Source: Planctomycetota bacterium
GTDB taxonomy: Bacteria > Planctomycetota > Phycisphaerae > UBA1845
DNA length: 64,000 bases
Assembly (NCBI GenBank): GCA_024280855.1
Contig: JAJRPG010000018.1
Coordinates: forward strand, 7,386 to 71,385
Direction of reading: 5' to 3'
How positions within the stretch are numbered: the first letter of the stretch is position 1; each line of letters begins with the position of its first letter. The notes under the pieces are model-generated. The model did no database searches. It was not told where the DNA came from and saw nothing but the letters and a program-made list of their open reading frames with translations. Shown piece after piece: positions 18,638-28,551 of the stretch. Position numbers and translations under genes: made by a program.

Positions 18638-19018
18638 TTAGCTGCCAAGCGCTTTGATTCGATCTTCTACTGCGAGCGTCTTGGTCAGGCGGATACCGAA
18701 AGACTCAGCCACCTTGACCGCGTGTCCCGTGCCGATGGGTTGATTTGCCACGAAAAGACGCAGTTCAGAGTCAAACGAAACGTCGAACTCGATTATGGTT
18801 CCCACCCGCATACTCAATATGTATTCTATGGGCATGTCTCGTTCAACAAGTACGACGGTCAAAGGGACATTTAAGTGAAGAATGCGCCGCACATCGTTGG
18901 TCCGCGCGACTGGCGGCGTTGGCGTAGCGGGTGGTGGCGGTTCGGGCGTTAAAGGCTCTTGAACCTCCAACTCCTCTTCCGGAAACAGCGCATTAATGTC
19001 AGCTTGAGATAATCCCAT
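18638..19018 (-). CDS. FliN/FliM C-terminal (SpoA)-domain protein with an N-terminal LSQxxIxAL peptide
   Basis: MGLSQADINALF, Pro-rich linker, then ILHLNVPLTVVL...GTIIEFD...IGTGHAVKVAESFGIRL. Confidence 0.8.
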   Translation of the reverse strand: MGLSQADINALFPEEELEVQEPLTPEPPPPATPTPPVARTNDVRRILHLNVPLTVVLVERDMPIEYILSMRVGTIIEFDVSFDSELRLFVANQPIGTGHAVKVAESFGIRLTKTLAVEDRIKALGS

Positions 19019-19081
19019 ATTCAATGAGATATCGTCTGGATAGCCACAACACCTTAACGCCGGGGGATACAATTATGGGAC

Positions 19082-19109
19082 GTATCGGGCGATTGGCTTC
19101 ATCCTTTGA
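19082..19109 (-). promoter_or_regulatory. Sigma-28-like promoter for the FliN-like gene
   Basis: Minus strand TCAAA-N15-CCCGATAC, overlapping the fabF stop. Confidence 0.55.
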
Positions 19110-20340
19110 AGGATTTCAATACCATGCAGGCGTTATGACCGCCGAAACCGAAGGAATTGTTGATCGAAATATCGTAATTCATGTCCCTGGCTGTATTCGG
19201 GCAGTAATCCAAGTCGCAGCGCTCGTCAGGATTTTCCAGGTTGATCGTTGGCGGAACCACGTTTTGCTGCATACCCAGCATCGTAGCGATTGCCTCAATG
19301 CCGCCGCTCGCACCTAGAGAATGGCCTACAGAGCTTTTGGTGCTGCTCACAACGAGTTTGTAAGCGTGTTCCCCAAATACCTTCTTAATAGCCAGGGTTT
19401 CAGCTACATCGCCGAGCGGCGTACTTGTGCCGTGTGCGTTGATATATTGCACATCTTCAGGGCAAATGCCTGCATCCGCGATAGCTTTCTCCATTGCTTC
19501 TGCAGCGCCGCGACCGTCTTCACAAGGTTGCGTAATATGCTCCGCGTCAGAAGTCGAAGCAAAACCGATGACCTCGGCGTGTATCTTGGCCCCTCGGCGT
19601 TTGGCGTGTTCTAATTCCTCAAAAATGACGGCCCCGGAGCCTTCGGACAAAACGAATCCATCACGGTCCTTATCGAACGGGCGACTCGCATGCTGTGGAT
19701 CATCGTTTCTTACACTCAAAGCCTTCATCGCTGCGAAAGCGGCTAGTGCCAATGGGGATAGCGCAGCCTCCGCCCCACCAGTAAAAACAACGTCAGCCTT
19801 ATCGCGGCGAATGTATTCCAGTGCAGCCCCCATAGCGTTCGTAGCTGAAGCGCAGGCGGTACTGACCGCAATACTTTCCCCGCGAGCGCCATAAGCGATC
19901 GAAATGTTGCCACTCGCGGCGTTGACCATCAGCTTGGGAATAGTAAAAGCCGAAACCTTGCTAGGCCCCTTCTTCAATAGTCTCAAAGCCTGCGACTCAA
20001 GCTCGTTCATGCCGCCGATGCCAGAGCCAAAAATCACGGCTGCTCGATAGACATCAATTTTCGACATGTCCAAGGCCGAGTTTTTGAATGCCTCTTCCAT
20101 CGCGATCATGGCGAATTGTGCATAACGATCGAGGCGTTTGACGGCCTTGCGTTCGATATGATCGGTTGGATCAAAATTGGGGATTTGGCCACCAATAAGC
20201 ACCGAATACCCTTCGAGATCGAAAAGCGTGTTCATGGACAAACCGCTTCGACCTTCGATAAGCGCATCCCAGAACGTGTCAACGCCTACGCCAAAAGGCG
20301 TAACCGCGCCAACTCCGGTAACAACCACCCGTCGATTCAT
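19099..20340 (-). CDS. fabF: Beta-ketoacyl-ACP synthase II
   Basis: RRVVVTG, STACAS, NAHGTST, GHSLGA and NSFGFGGHN motifs. Confidence 0.97.
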   Translation of the reverse strand: MNRRVVVTGVGAVTPFGVGVDTFWDALIEGRSGLSMNTLFDLEGYSVLIGGQIPNFDPTDHIERKAVKRLDRYAQFAMIAMEEAFKNSALDMSKIDVYRAAVIFGSGIGGMNELESQALRLLKKGPSKVSAFTIPKLMVNAASGNISIAYGARGESIAVSTACASATNAMGAALEYIRRDKADVVFTGGAEAALSPLALAAFAAMKALSVRNDDPQHASRPFDKDRDGFVLSEGSGAVIFEELEHAKRRGAKIHAEVIGFASTSDAEHITQPCEDGRGAAEAMEKAIADAGICPEDVQYINAHGTSTPLGDVAETLAIKKVFGEHAYKLVVSSTKSSVGHSLGASGGIEAIATMLGMQQNVVPPTINLENPDERCDLDYCPNTARDMNYDISINNSFGFGGHNACMVLKSFKG

Positions 20341-20360
20341 ATTGTCGTTCTATCTACAGC

Positions 20361-20615
20361 TTAGGAGCTACCTTCGAGGTGTTTCGTAATGTAGGAGATT
20401 GCTTCTCCGACGGTTTTCATATTCTCTGCATCCTCGTCCGGGATGGTCAGATCAAACTCGTCTTCTAGTTCCATGACGAGTTCAACTGTATCCAACGAGT
20501 CCGCATTGAGGTCGTTGACGAACGAAGTAGTCTTAGAAATTTCGCCCTTATCAACACTCATTTGTTCACAAACTATTTGTGTAACTTTGTCTTCAATTTC
20601 AGTAGCCGTAAGCAC
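20361..20615 (-). CDS. acpP: Acyl carrier protein
   Basis: [14 protein letters not shown] phosphopantetheine site; GTG start with GGAGG RBS. Confidence 0.97.
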   Translation of the reverse strand: MLTATEIEDKVTQIVCEQMSVDKGEISKTTSFVNDLNADSLDTVELVMELEDEFDLTIPDEDAENMKTVGEAISYITKHLEGSS

Positions 20616-20774
20616 GCCTAAATCCTCCGGTCAGAGCTATTGTTTCTTCATCAATCACAGTCTCCAGCCAGCAATCATAGTAGCTAGTACCCGCCAAACA
20701 GGCAAGCACAACCCCGCAAAGTATTCAGAGCATCATCTGCCCCTTATCAGCGGAGTTTGATCCTGGCTTTGGAG

Positions 20775-21515
20775 TTACATATGCAGTCCACCGTCTATGA
20801 CCACAACTTGTCCGGTCACATAGGAGGCTGATTCACTCGCTAAAAAGGCGATCACAGAAGCTACTTCCTCGGTTTTTCCAAACCGAGACATAGGAATGAG
20901 CTGTTTCGCTCCCTCTGTGACTTTTTCCGGAAGAGAGGCGGTCATATCCGTCTCAATAAAACCCGGAGCCACTACATTGCACGTTATATTTCGCTTGGCA
21001 AGCTCCTTGCCCACGGATTTGGAAAACCCGATCAAGCCAGCCTTGCTTGCCGCGTAATTCGTTTGCCCGGCATTTCCCATCACACCCGATATACTGCCAA
21101 CATTCACAATTCGACCATATCGCTTGCGAACCATGAGCCGTGACACCGCCCGACTCATCCAAAACACCGAACGCAAATTAGTCGTCAACACATCCTCGAA
21201 CTGGTCGTCATCCATATTCATGAGCAAGCCATCTCGTGTGATGCCCGCATTGTTGACCAAAATGTCTATCTTGCCCGCAGATTCGCCCACCCCTTCGACA
21301 AAAGTATCGATGGCCTTTTTGTCAGTTACATCAAGCACAAAAGGCTCAATTTTCCCGGACAGCTCTCTCTTCTTGGCCTCGTCGCAAACTTCCTTTAGCG
21401 CAGCTTCGTCTCGCCCGCAAGCGAAAACCGTTGCGCCACGCTCGGCTAGCGCGAGACAAGCGGCGCGACCAATTCCTCTACTTCCACCAGTGACAATTGC
21501 TATTCGATTTTCCAT
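20775..21515 (-). CDS. fabG: 3-oxoacyl-ACP reductase
   Basis: TGGSRGIG, NNAGITRD and YAASK motifs. Confidence 0.96.
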   Translation of the reverse strand: MENRIAIVTGGSRGIGRAACLALAERGATVFACGRDEAALKEVCDEAKKRELSGKIEPFVLDVTDKKAIDTFVEGVGESAGKIDILVNNAGITRDGLLMNMDDDQFEDVLTTNLRSVFWMSRAVSRLMVRKRYGRIVNVGSISGVMGNAGQTNYAASKAGLIGFSKSVGKELAKRNITCNVVAPGFIETDMTASLPEKVTEGAKQLIPMSRFGKTEEVASVIAFLASESASYVTGQVVVIDGGLHM

Positions 21516-21559
21516 GATTTCCTTATTCCGAAATTACCGCATAACCTCATGCCACACTT

Positions 21560-22501
21560 TTATTGTACTGGCTCGCTTATAATTTTTTCAATAGCCTCAG
21601 AAGAACTCACATTCACCGCTGTAGCTTGGCGATCGATTTTTCTCATCATGCCAGTCAGCACGCGCCCTGGACCAACCTCTACAAATCGATCAACGCCCTC
21701 GTCGAGCAAACGCTGAATCGATTTTTGCCAAAGCACAGGCTGTGTTACCTGCCGACAAAGCCAATCTCGAATTTCGTCAGGGCTGCCATGATCCTTCGCG
21801 TTCACATTGGCCAACACCGGAATACGCGGCTTCTTAAAATCTGTGCTCTCAAGCATCTCTTTGAGCGCATCAGCCGCAGACTGCATCAACGGCGAATGGA
21901 ACGCGCCCGCCACAGCCAGGGCAATCGCCCGACACCCAGCCTCTCCGGCGAACTCCACCGCGCGGGCACAAGCCTCTCGGTCTCCCGATATCACGATCTG
22001 CCCTGGGCAATTATAATTAGCTGGCGACAAAACGCCATCTTCCCGAGCTTTGTCGCATAAATTTTGTGCTTTTTCCTCGTCCGCACCTATGAGAGTAACC
22101 ATCCCGCTAGGTGATGCGACGGCTGCCTCTTGCATAAGCGCCCCACGCCGCTGCACCAATCGAACAGCGTCCGCAAAGCTTAAAGCACCAGCAAAATGCA
22201 GGGCGGTATACTCGCCTAGGCTCAATCCGCCAGTACATTGAAACTGCTCGACATCACCGCCGGCTTCACGAAAAGCCTCAAGAATAGCCACGCTTGTCAC
22301 CAAGATAGCCGGCTGTTGAATGTCTGTGGGTTCAAGCTTTTCCGCAGGCCCTTCAAAACAAAGCTTAGCCAGGTCAAAGCCGAGAACTTTGTTCGCCTGC
22401 TCGAAAATCTCCTTAGCCCGCGAACTGGACTCGAACACGTCGCGTCCCATGCCGACAATCTGTGACCCCTGACCTGGAAATATAATAGCTGATTTACTCA
22501 T
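21560..22501 (-). CDS. fabD: Malonyl-CoA:ACP transacylase
   Basis: FPGQGSQ, GLSLGEY, GAFHS and EVGPG motifs. Confidence 0.96.
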   Translation of the reverse strand: MSKSAIIFPGQGSQIVGMGRDVFESSSRAKEIFEQANKVLGFDLAKLCFEGPAEKLEPTDIQQPAILVTSVAILEAFREAGGDVEQFQCTGGLSLGEYTALHFAGALSFADAVRLVQRRGALMQEAAVASPSGMVTLIGADEEKAQNLCDKAREDGVLSPANYNCPGQIVISGDREACARAVEFAGEAGCRAIALAVAGAFHSPLMQSAADALKEMLESTDFKKPRIPVLANVNAKDHGSPDEIRDWLCRQVTQPVLWQKSIQRLLDEGVDRFVEVGPGRVLTGMMRKIDRQATAVNVSSSEAIEKIISEPVQ

Positions 22502-22548
22502 GGCTTAATCTTGAATAGCTTAAAATAACTGGAAAATATCGTAATTTG

Positions 22549-23541
22549 TTAGAGTCTAACGATCATCGTGCCCCACGCCAGCCCGGAACCAATAGCTACC
22601 ATCAGAACGATGTCGCCCTTCTTGACCACGCCTGACCGACGTGCCTCATCAAGCCCCATCGGAACAGATGCGGCAGATGTGTTGCCGTATTTCTGAATGC
22701 TGACACTCATTTTCTCAATCGGCAAACCCATTTTTTCTCGTACCGATTCAATGATGCGAAGATTAGATTGATGCGGAATCACCAAGGCTAAATCATCCGG
22801 CGTAAGACCGGCCGATTCTAAAGCTGCGTCGATAATTTGCTGCATCTTAACGACTGCAAATTTATAAACCTCTCGGCCTTTCATGTGCAGCGTGTGCAAA
22901 TGCTCGTCCACCGTATCATGTGCCGCGGGTCTTCGTGATCCGCCCGCTGGTACCCAAATGTGATGCGACCGTGAACCGTCGCAACCTAAATTGCAATACA
23001 TCATCGAGCTGTCAGGGTCTTCGCCAATGCCATAAACCGCAGCTGATGCTGCGTCTCCGAACAAAACCGCCGTTGTGCGGTCTGTCCAATTGGCAAACCG
23101 TGACAATGCTTCTGCACCGATGACCAATACACGCTTATACATACCCGAGCCAAGAAAGCTTGAAGCTGTGATACTGGCATATAAAAAGCCCGCACAAGCT
23201 GCGCCAATATCGAAGGCGGGGATGTTGCTCGCGCCAATTTTATGCTGGACAATAGCGGCTGTGGATGGAAACTGATGATCGCCTGTCGCGGTCGCTACGA
23301 TGATCAAGTCAATATCGTCGGCAGTCAGCCCGGCATCTTCTAGCGCTTGCTTTCCAGCTAAAGCTGCCAGGTCGGAGGTGGCTTGGTCTTCGGCTGCGTA
23401 ATGTCGGGTGCGGATGCCTGTACGCGTGACGATCCACTCATCTGACGTGTCTAATATCTTTTCAAAATACTGATTATCGCGGATTCCTTCAGGCACATAG
23501 GTACCTGTACCAAGAATACAAATCGGCAAAGATTTGGTCAT
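22549..23541 (-). CDS. fabH: Beta-ketoacyl-ACP synthase III
   Basis: DTSDEWIVTRTGI; AACAGF, PHQSN and GNTSAAS catalytic motifs. Confidence 0.96.
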   Translation of the reverse strand: MTKSLPICILGTGTYVPEGIRDNQYFEKILDTSDEWIVTRTGIRTRHYAAEDQATSDLAALAGKQALEDAGLTADDIDLIIVATATGDHQFPSTAAIVQHKIGASNIPAFDIGAACAGFLYASITASSFLGSGMYKRVLVIGAEALSRFANWTDRTTAVLFGDAASAAVYGIGEDPDSSMMYCNLGCDGSRSHHIWVPAGGSRRPAAHDTVDEHLHTLHMKGREVYKFAVVKMQQIIDAALESAGLTPDDLALVIPHQSNLRIIESVREKMGLPIEKMSVSIQKYGNTSAASVPMGLDEARRSGVVKKGDIVLMVAIGSGLAWGTMIVRL

Positions 23542-23551
23542 TGAAAAACCT

Positions 23552-24556
23552 TTAGTTGGCCTGCGCCAGTCTGCTGACCAACGCGCCGTTGATGTCTCGT
23601 TCGACGAACCGCTTCGCTACGCCAATCGCGTTTGAGATGGCGTACCGGTTACTTCTTCCATGGCATATGATACAAACACCGTTGATGCCAAGCAAAGGTG
23701 CTCCACCATAACGACTGTAATCATGCCTAGCCCACACGCGGTCAATAGCGCTGAGGAATTTTCCTCGAATTTCTTCTGGCTCGTCCTCGACTTCTCGCTT
23801 AATCGTCCGCACAAACCCCTCGGCAAGGCCTTCGACAAATTTCAGAATGATATTGCCCACAAACCCATCGCAAATAGCCACATCACAGCGGTCTTCAAAA
23901 AGCTCGCGGCCCTCGGCGTTACCAATGAAATTCAGAGAAGCGTCCTGAGACAGCAGCTCATAAGTCTGCTTGATTAGGCCTGTGCCTTTACCCCGCTCCT
24001 CGCCCGTAGAAATCAGGGCGACTCTGGGCTTTTCAATGTCTAAGAGGCGCTCAGCAAACACCCCGGCCATGATGGCGTATTCGTGCAAATGTTGCGGCTT
24101 AGCCTGGATATTCGCGCCCACGTCACACAATACGAATGGACCATAAAACGAAGGGATGGTAACGGCAATCCCCGGCCTTTTCACCTGCGGCAAGGGCCTG
24201 AGCGTTAACTGGGCTACTGCCGCGAATGCCCCGGTGTTGCCGGCGCTAATCATGGCATCCGCTTCGCCTTCTTTACAAAGGGCAGCCATGCGAGCCATCG
24301 AGGATTTTTTATACTTGCGCAACGCCTCAACCGGCGCAGCAGCCATCGGAATAACTTCTTCTGTATGGATGATGGTAATGCGAGACCGATCAAAATCAGC
24401 GGCCTCAGAGGCGAGCGAAGACTCGATACACTTTTCGTCACCGACGAGTAGCACTTCAATATCGGAGTACTGGGACGCAGCTAAGGCCACGCCTTGGACA
24501 ATAGCCTGAGGCGCAAAATCGCCTCCCATCGCGTCTACCGCGATGCGGACAGCCAT
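23552..24556 (-). CDS. plsX: Phosphate acyltransferase PlsX
   Basis: AVDAMGGDFAP, SAGNTGA, CDGFVGN and GGAPLLG motifs. Confidence 0.96.
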   Translation of the reverse strand: MAVRIAVDAMGGDFAPQAIVQGVALAASQYSDIEVLLVGDEKCIESSLASEAADFDRSRITIIHTEEVIPMAAAPVEALRKYKKSSMARMAALCKEGEADAMISAGNTGAFAAVAQLTLRPLPQVKRPGIAVTIPSFYGPFVLCDVGANIQAKPQHLHEYAIMAGVFAERLLDIEKPRVALISTGEERGKGTGLIKQTYELLSQDASLNFIGNAEGRELFEDRCDVAICDGFVGNIILKFVEGLAEGFVRTIKREVEDEPEEIRGKFLSAIDRVWARHDYSRYGGAPLLGINGVCIICHGRSNRYAISNAIGVAKRFVERDINGALVSRLAQAN

Positions 24557-24741
24557 TACCCTTCCTTCTTATCCGGAGATAATGTCAACTTGGCACTGAC
24601 ATAGCCACAAACTCCGCAAGCGGCGTGAGGTAGCTTTCGCTTCCCACAGTTGGGGCATGAACACAAATTGACAGCGCTAATCGCATGATGGGCACGACGA
24701 GTTCGCGTGCGACATTTGGATTTCTTTTGTACTGGAAGCAT
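24556..24741 (-). CDS. rpmF: 50S ribosomal protein L32 (zinc-binding type)
   Basis: KKSKCRTRTRRAH, CPNCG...HAACGVCGY; canonical position before plsX. Confidence 0.93.
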   Translation of the reverse strand: MLPVQKKSKCRTRTRRAHHAISAVNLCSCPNCGKRKLPHAACGVCGYVSAKLTLSPDKKEG

Positions 24742-24967
24742 ATCTACACCAAAATTTCAATATCAGCCAACAAAATAACGCACGACTGCAAAAAAGTGGA
24801 CGCAAGACCACCAGCCATACACACAATCGCCGCCCACAATAAAAGCCAACGGCCATTCTGTCAAGCAAGGCCTGTTAAGGCCTCAATCCTGCCCCGAAAT
24901 TCGACCGTCTCGATATACGCGGCGTCGTAGACTACTGGACGCCGTTTCATTGAGCAGCAATCGGCCT

Positions 24968-25020
24968 AAGAAAAAAAGATGCCAGGTTTTCTACAGAGCA
25001 AACCCGACACCTTTTTTCTT
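24968..25020 (-). terminator. Intrinsic terminator of the 1081-aa gene
   Basis: Minus strand GGTGTCGGGTTT-loop-AAACCTGGCATC followed by T7. The G-U pairs close only on the minus strand. Confidence 0.75.
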
Positions 25021-25066
25021 TTAATTTTAGGCTGGCTAGTGGGGGACACATTCCCTCACCGTGCTC

Positions 25067-28000
25067 CTACTGGATACACTGTGGCGATGATGGGTAACTG
25101 CACACACCATTGCAGCATATCTGAAAGCCGAATTGGCAACAGGTGGTGCCACAGCACGCGTTGTTGCAAGTCTGGCAATTATCCTCAGCGTCGCAGGTGT
25201 CGGTGGCTTCGTTACACACTTCACCGGCCCCGCATGGGTCGCCTGAAGACACGCATTGTTCGTTCAGTTCATCACAGCTCTCCGAGCCATCGCAGAACAG
25301 ACCATTGTCCGTGCATGGCGGCGACATAGGGATACACTGGCCGCCGCTGCACTCTTCTGCACCATTGCAGTAGAAATTGTCGTCACAGGCTAGATCGTTG
25401 GCACAACACGTCAGTGGCGCACCCGATGGGCAGGTGAATGGATCGCCCAGGAAAGCAGCAACGGCCTCTTGGATGTCTTTGAAATCCACTTCCCCATCTA
25501 GTTCGCACGCAGAGAGAGCCGCAATATCGAATGGAAGTAGTATTTCAAATGTGTACGGCGGGATGGCTAAGAATGCGTTGTTTACTGCGCTGATATCTAT
25601 GAAATCGGCGGCCCCATCGCCAAAGACGTCGCCGCGGATCCATGTCGTTGCGGTTGCCGGCGAGGAATAGGCCCCGTCCACACTGCTCTTGACTTCCACA
25701 GTGTACATCGTGCCCGGAACAATCATTTCTGAGGAAATGATAAGCGGCAACATAGCTCTGCCGCAGTTGGCCAACCACGCATCGACCGTATGGTAGTTGT
25801 CTTGTGTATTCGGATCATCCATTGGGGGGCCATCGCCCAACGTGCAATCGTCCTGTAGATACATGTCGATGCATCCTACGGTAGAGTCGTTGGACGTGAT
25901 TCGGATTGCTATGGTGTCGCCTGGAGCGGAGGCCCATGGCGATATTGCCAAATACCGCGACCCCTCATTCCACGCGATGACCGACATCGAACCCACTGGA
26001 GCGACCATAGAGATTGCGACGCTGGCGGCGTTCATGTTCACGCCGTCACTCACGGTTAGAGTGCACACATAGGATCCTTCAGGCCCGGACATGGTCGTCG
26101 AGATGGCATTTGGGTCCGCAATCGTAACAGCCTGGGAGTCGCAGGACCAGATTGTCATAAGCGGGCTGGGGCCGTCACCATCGATTGCATAGCCAATCAA
26201 AGCCGTGAGACTGTCAGTATACGAAAACAGTGGTGACCATGCCTTAACAACAGGTGTCGCATTGGCGTCGGTTGCCTCGACGTGGCGCAAGCCACCTGGC
26301 CTAGTGACACCGCCTTGCTGTAGCAGGAATTGGCCTCCACCCGCGACGCTACCACCGAGTTCGACAAGTTTTGCAGTCAAGTCTGCTTTAAACGCAGACA
26401 GTTCTGTCGGCGATAGATATGGGAATGGGAAAGTACCCTGAGTTGATACGTCCAGGCCGTTCGTCCCGTTTACCACGTCATCGTGATACTTCATCAACCA
26501 ATACGTCGGGGTCTTGTTCCATGCAGTGAGCAGCTGGCGTCGCGCGCCGTTATAAGTGCGCTGATCTTTCTCAAGATTGCAATTGCTGGGCGATGGATTG
26601 CAGTCGTATGGCTGCGGAATGTTTTCGAGCAGCAAATCGGCTTCGTCATACGAAAAGAAAAGGTCCTCGTTTGTGAGTTCTGTCGGAATATAATAGGGGT
26701 AACCATAGGACGTCGAAGTGGCGTAAAAGTCGTCAGAGTGGCGTAATCGAATTCCGGGTGCCTCGACCGGCGTACGGTTGACCGTCGGTAGATCGACGTT
26801 TGAATGTGTGCCGCCGCCCCAATTGCCGCGTCCATAGATAGCAGGAATATTGACCGCCCTTGCCGCAATCATGAAAGAAGGCGTCGTGGTCCAGCAGCCG
26901 TTGCGGGATGAATGGCTACGACCTCCTGGGGCTGCCTCAGTTCCCCACCAAGGATAGAAAATGTGGTCTAGCCAATCGCGAGGGTAGTCGAAAGATTCCA
27001 AGATGGCCTCACGAGTTCCGTGTTGGGTGTACGCCCGAAACCAATCGGCCAATGCGAACGCTGTATCAGATTGTGTTTCACGGATCATGCCGAAGGATTG
27101 TAGAAAGTGAAAGAGAACACGCGGATTCCACGAACACTCGATTCGAGGCGTGTAATAGCCAGTCCCATCTGGTAGCTCTCCAGTGAAAGATAGTAAGTTA
27201 CGATAAGTTAAATGGAGTTCTCCAAGTTCGTCTGTACTTAGGTCTGATAGACTCCAGCTCACTCCGAATAGGTCAAACGCATTCACATCGAACCACAAGG
27301 TGTGAGCGGCATTGGCCATATATAGGTTTTGGGCATCCGGCTCCAAGACTCGGCCAACACACAAGGGTTCTCCGGCAACGCAGTCGATGTACGTCAAATC
27401 CGGCGGTCCGTAAATCGGAAGCTCTCTTCCCTGCTCCAGGAGTTGCAGATACCCGTCTAGGTGGTCCTTCCAAGCCACTGGCCAGTTTGCGTAATTTCGA
27501 GTGCCGTTGCTTGCGGTGTACCATATCAGCGCGGCGGAAACATCTGGATCGCCGAGAAGGGCTCCGTACTTGGCGGCGACATCTGAGAGTGAGACGTTGC
27601 GCATTTCTGCTTGAAATGAGTCATTCAGGGAATCGAGATCGCGCCACGATGGTGGTACGATCGTTACGCGGACCAATTGTGGGGGCGCAGGGATGACAAT
27701 CGCCGTAGATGGAGTGATCGTTGTCATCGCCCCTACCGGTACGGATTGTATCTGTTCATTAGCCGTGCCAAGCAGGATTTCGTCCGCGTAGACTTCTATG
27801 GAAATCGGTAAGAGATTGGGCGTTGGTAGGTTGCCTGCGTTTCGCAAGACAAAAGAGATTTCATCGTTGCTGTTGAGGACCGCTTCAATAGCAAGGTCAA
27901 ATCCCGTACGGACCGAAGTGGGGACATCGACCGACAGGAAGTTTGCTACCTCCACCCGTTCCTCGATTTCGTTGTCCGAGTCCACGAAGACAGCGATTCG

Positions 28001-28312
28001 TCGATGACGACCGTGCAGCCGTATCCCTGTAGAAACCTCTGTACTCATGCCGGCTGTTCGGAAATCCTGGTTTGGCATGTCTGTAGTGAGATCGATCTTC
28101 GCGGCCAGTATGTGATCGACGAAGACGGAAAGCATGCCTACCCCACCGGGAGCATCGTCCGGACCGACATTACCAATCTGCACATAGAGAGTGCCATCAT
28201 ACTCTAGACGAGTCTTATCAACCTTCAGATCGGGTAGCGCAACGACATGTGACGCGAAAATAGCTGAACACACACACACAGAAAGAGTAGAAAATTTCAT
28301 TCTTTTGATCAT
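25067..28312 (-). CDS. Large secreted multidomain protein: CARDB-like domains, transglutaminase-like core, PKD-like domain, dockerin-like pair, Cys-rich tail
   Basis: Signal peptide; LPDLKV...VDSDNEIEE..N (CARDB-like); GCWTT...RAVNIPA...HSNV...HSDD; YVCTLTVSDG; GDVFGDG..DFIDI and DGEVDFKDI; CDDNFYCNGAEEC and CTDNGLFCDGSESC repeats. Confidence 0.7.
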   Translation of the reverse strand: MIKRMKFSTLSVCVCSAIFASHVVALPDLKVDKTRLEYDGTLYVQIGNVGPDDAPGGVGMLSVFVDHILAAKIDLTTDMPNQDFRTAGMSTEVSTGIRLHGRHRRIAVFVDSDNEIEERVEVANFLSVDVPTSVRTGFDLAIEAVLNSNDEISFVLRNAGNLPTPNLLPISIEVYADEILLGTANEQIQSVPVGAMTTITPSTAIVIPAPPQLVRVTIVPPSWRDLDSLNDSFQAEMRNVSLSDVAAKYGALLGDPDVSAALIWYTASNGTRNYANWPVAWKDHLDGYLQLLEQGRELPIYGPPDLTYIDCVAGEPLCVGRVLEPDAQNLYMANAAHTLWFDVNAFDLFGVSWSLSDLSTDELGELHLTYRNLLSFTGELPDGTGYYTPRIECSWNPRVLFHFLQSFGMIRETQSDTAFALADWFRAYTQHGTREAILESFDYPRDWLDHIFYPWWGTEAAPGGRSHSSRNGCWTTTPSFMIAARAVNIPAIYGRGNWGGGTHSNVDLPTVNRTPVEAPGIRLRHSDDFYATSTSYGYPYYIPTELTNEDLFFSYDEADLLLENIPQPYDCNPSPSNCNLEKDQRTYNGARRQLLTAWNKTPTYWLMKYHDDVVNGTNGLDVSTQGTFPFPYLSPTELSAFKADLTAKLVELGGSVAGGGQFLLQQGGVTRPGGLRHVEATDANATPVVKAWSPLFSYTDSLTALIGYAIDGDGPSPLMTIWSCDSQAVTIADPNAISTTMSGPEGSYVCTLTVSDGVNMNAASVAISMVAPVGSMSVIAWNEGSRYLAISPWASAPGDTIAIRITSNDSTVGCIDMYLQDDCTLGDGPPMDDPNTQDNYHTVDAWLANCGRAMLPLIISSEMIVPGTMYTVEVKSSVDGAYSSPATATTWIRGDVFGDGAADFIDISAVNNAFLAIPPYTFEILLPFDIAALSACELDGEVDFKDIQEAVAAFLGDPFTCPSGAPLTCCANDLACDDNFYCNGAEECSGGQCIPMSPPCTDNGLFCDGSESCDELNEQCVSSGDPCGAGEVCNEATDTCDAEDNCQTCNNACCGTTCCQFGFQICCNGVCSYPSSPQCIQ

Positions 28313-28551
28313 GACGCTTCACCTTTACAATAATTGAAACTTCTCATGTAACACTACCCATCCCTTTGCGGCAGAATAGACGCAAAACGGATAGTAGAGT
28401 GAGCTGTTGTGTGGACAAACGAATAACGCCCAACACCTCCATTAACCGATAATACACATTGTATAGTGCAAAAGCAATCTTTTTTTTAAATGGCGTAATC
28501 AAGCGGGATAGCTATCGCTAGCCCATGCCATACGGCCGTGATTCATATTCT

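Noticed and set aside
25067-28312. Horizontal-transfer island call for the 1081-aa gene
   Set aside because: Spot checks of GC did not clearly differ from the fab genes, and I found no flanking direct repeats, tRNA or mobility gene.
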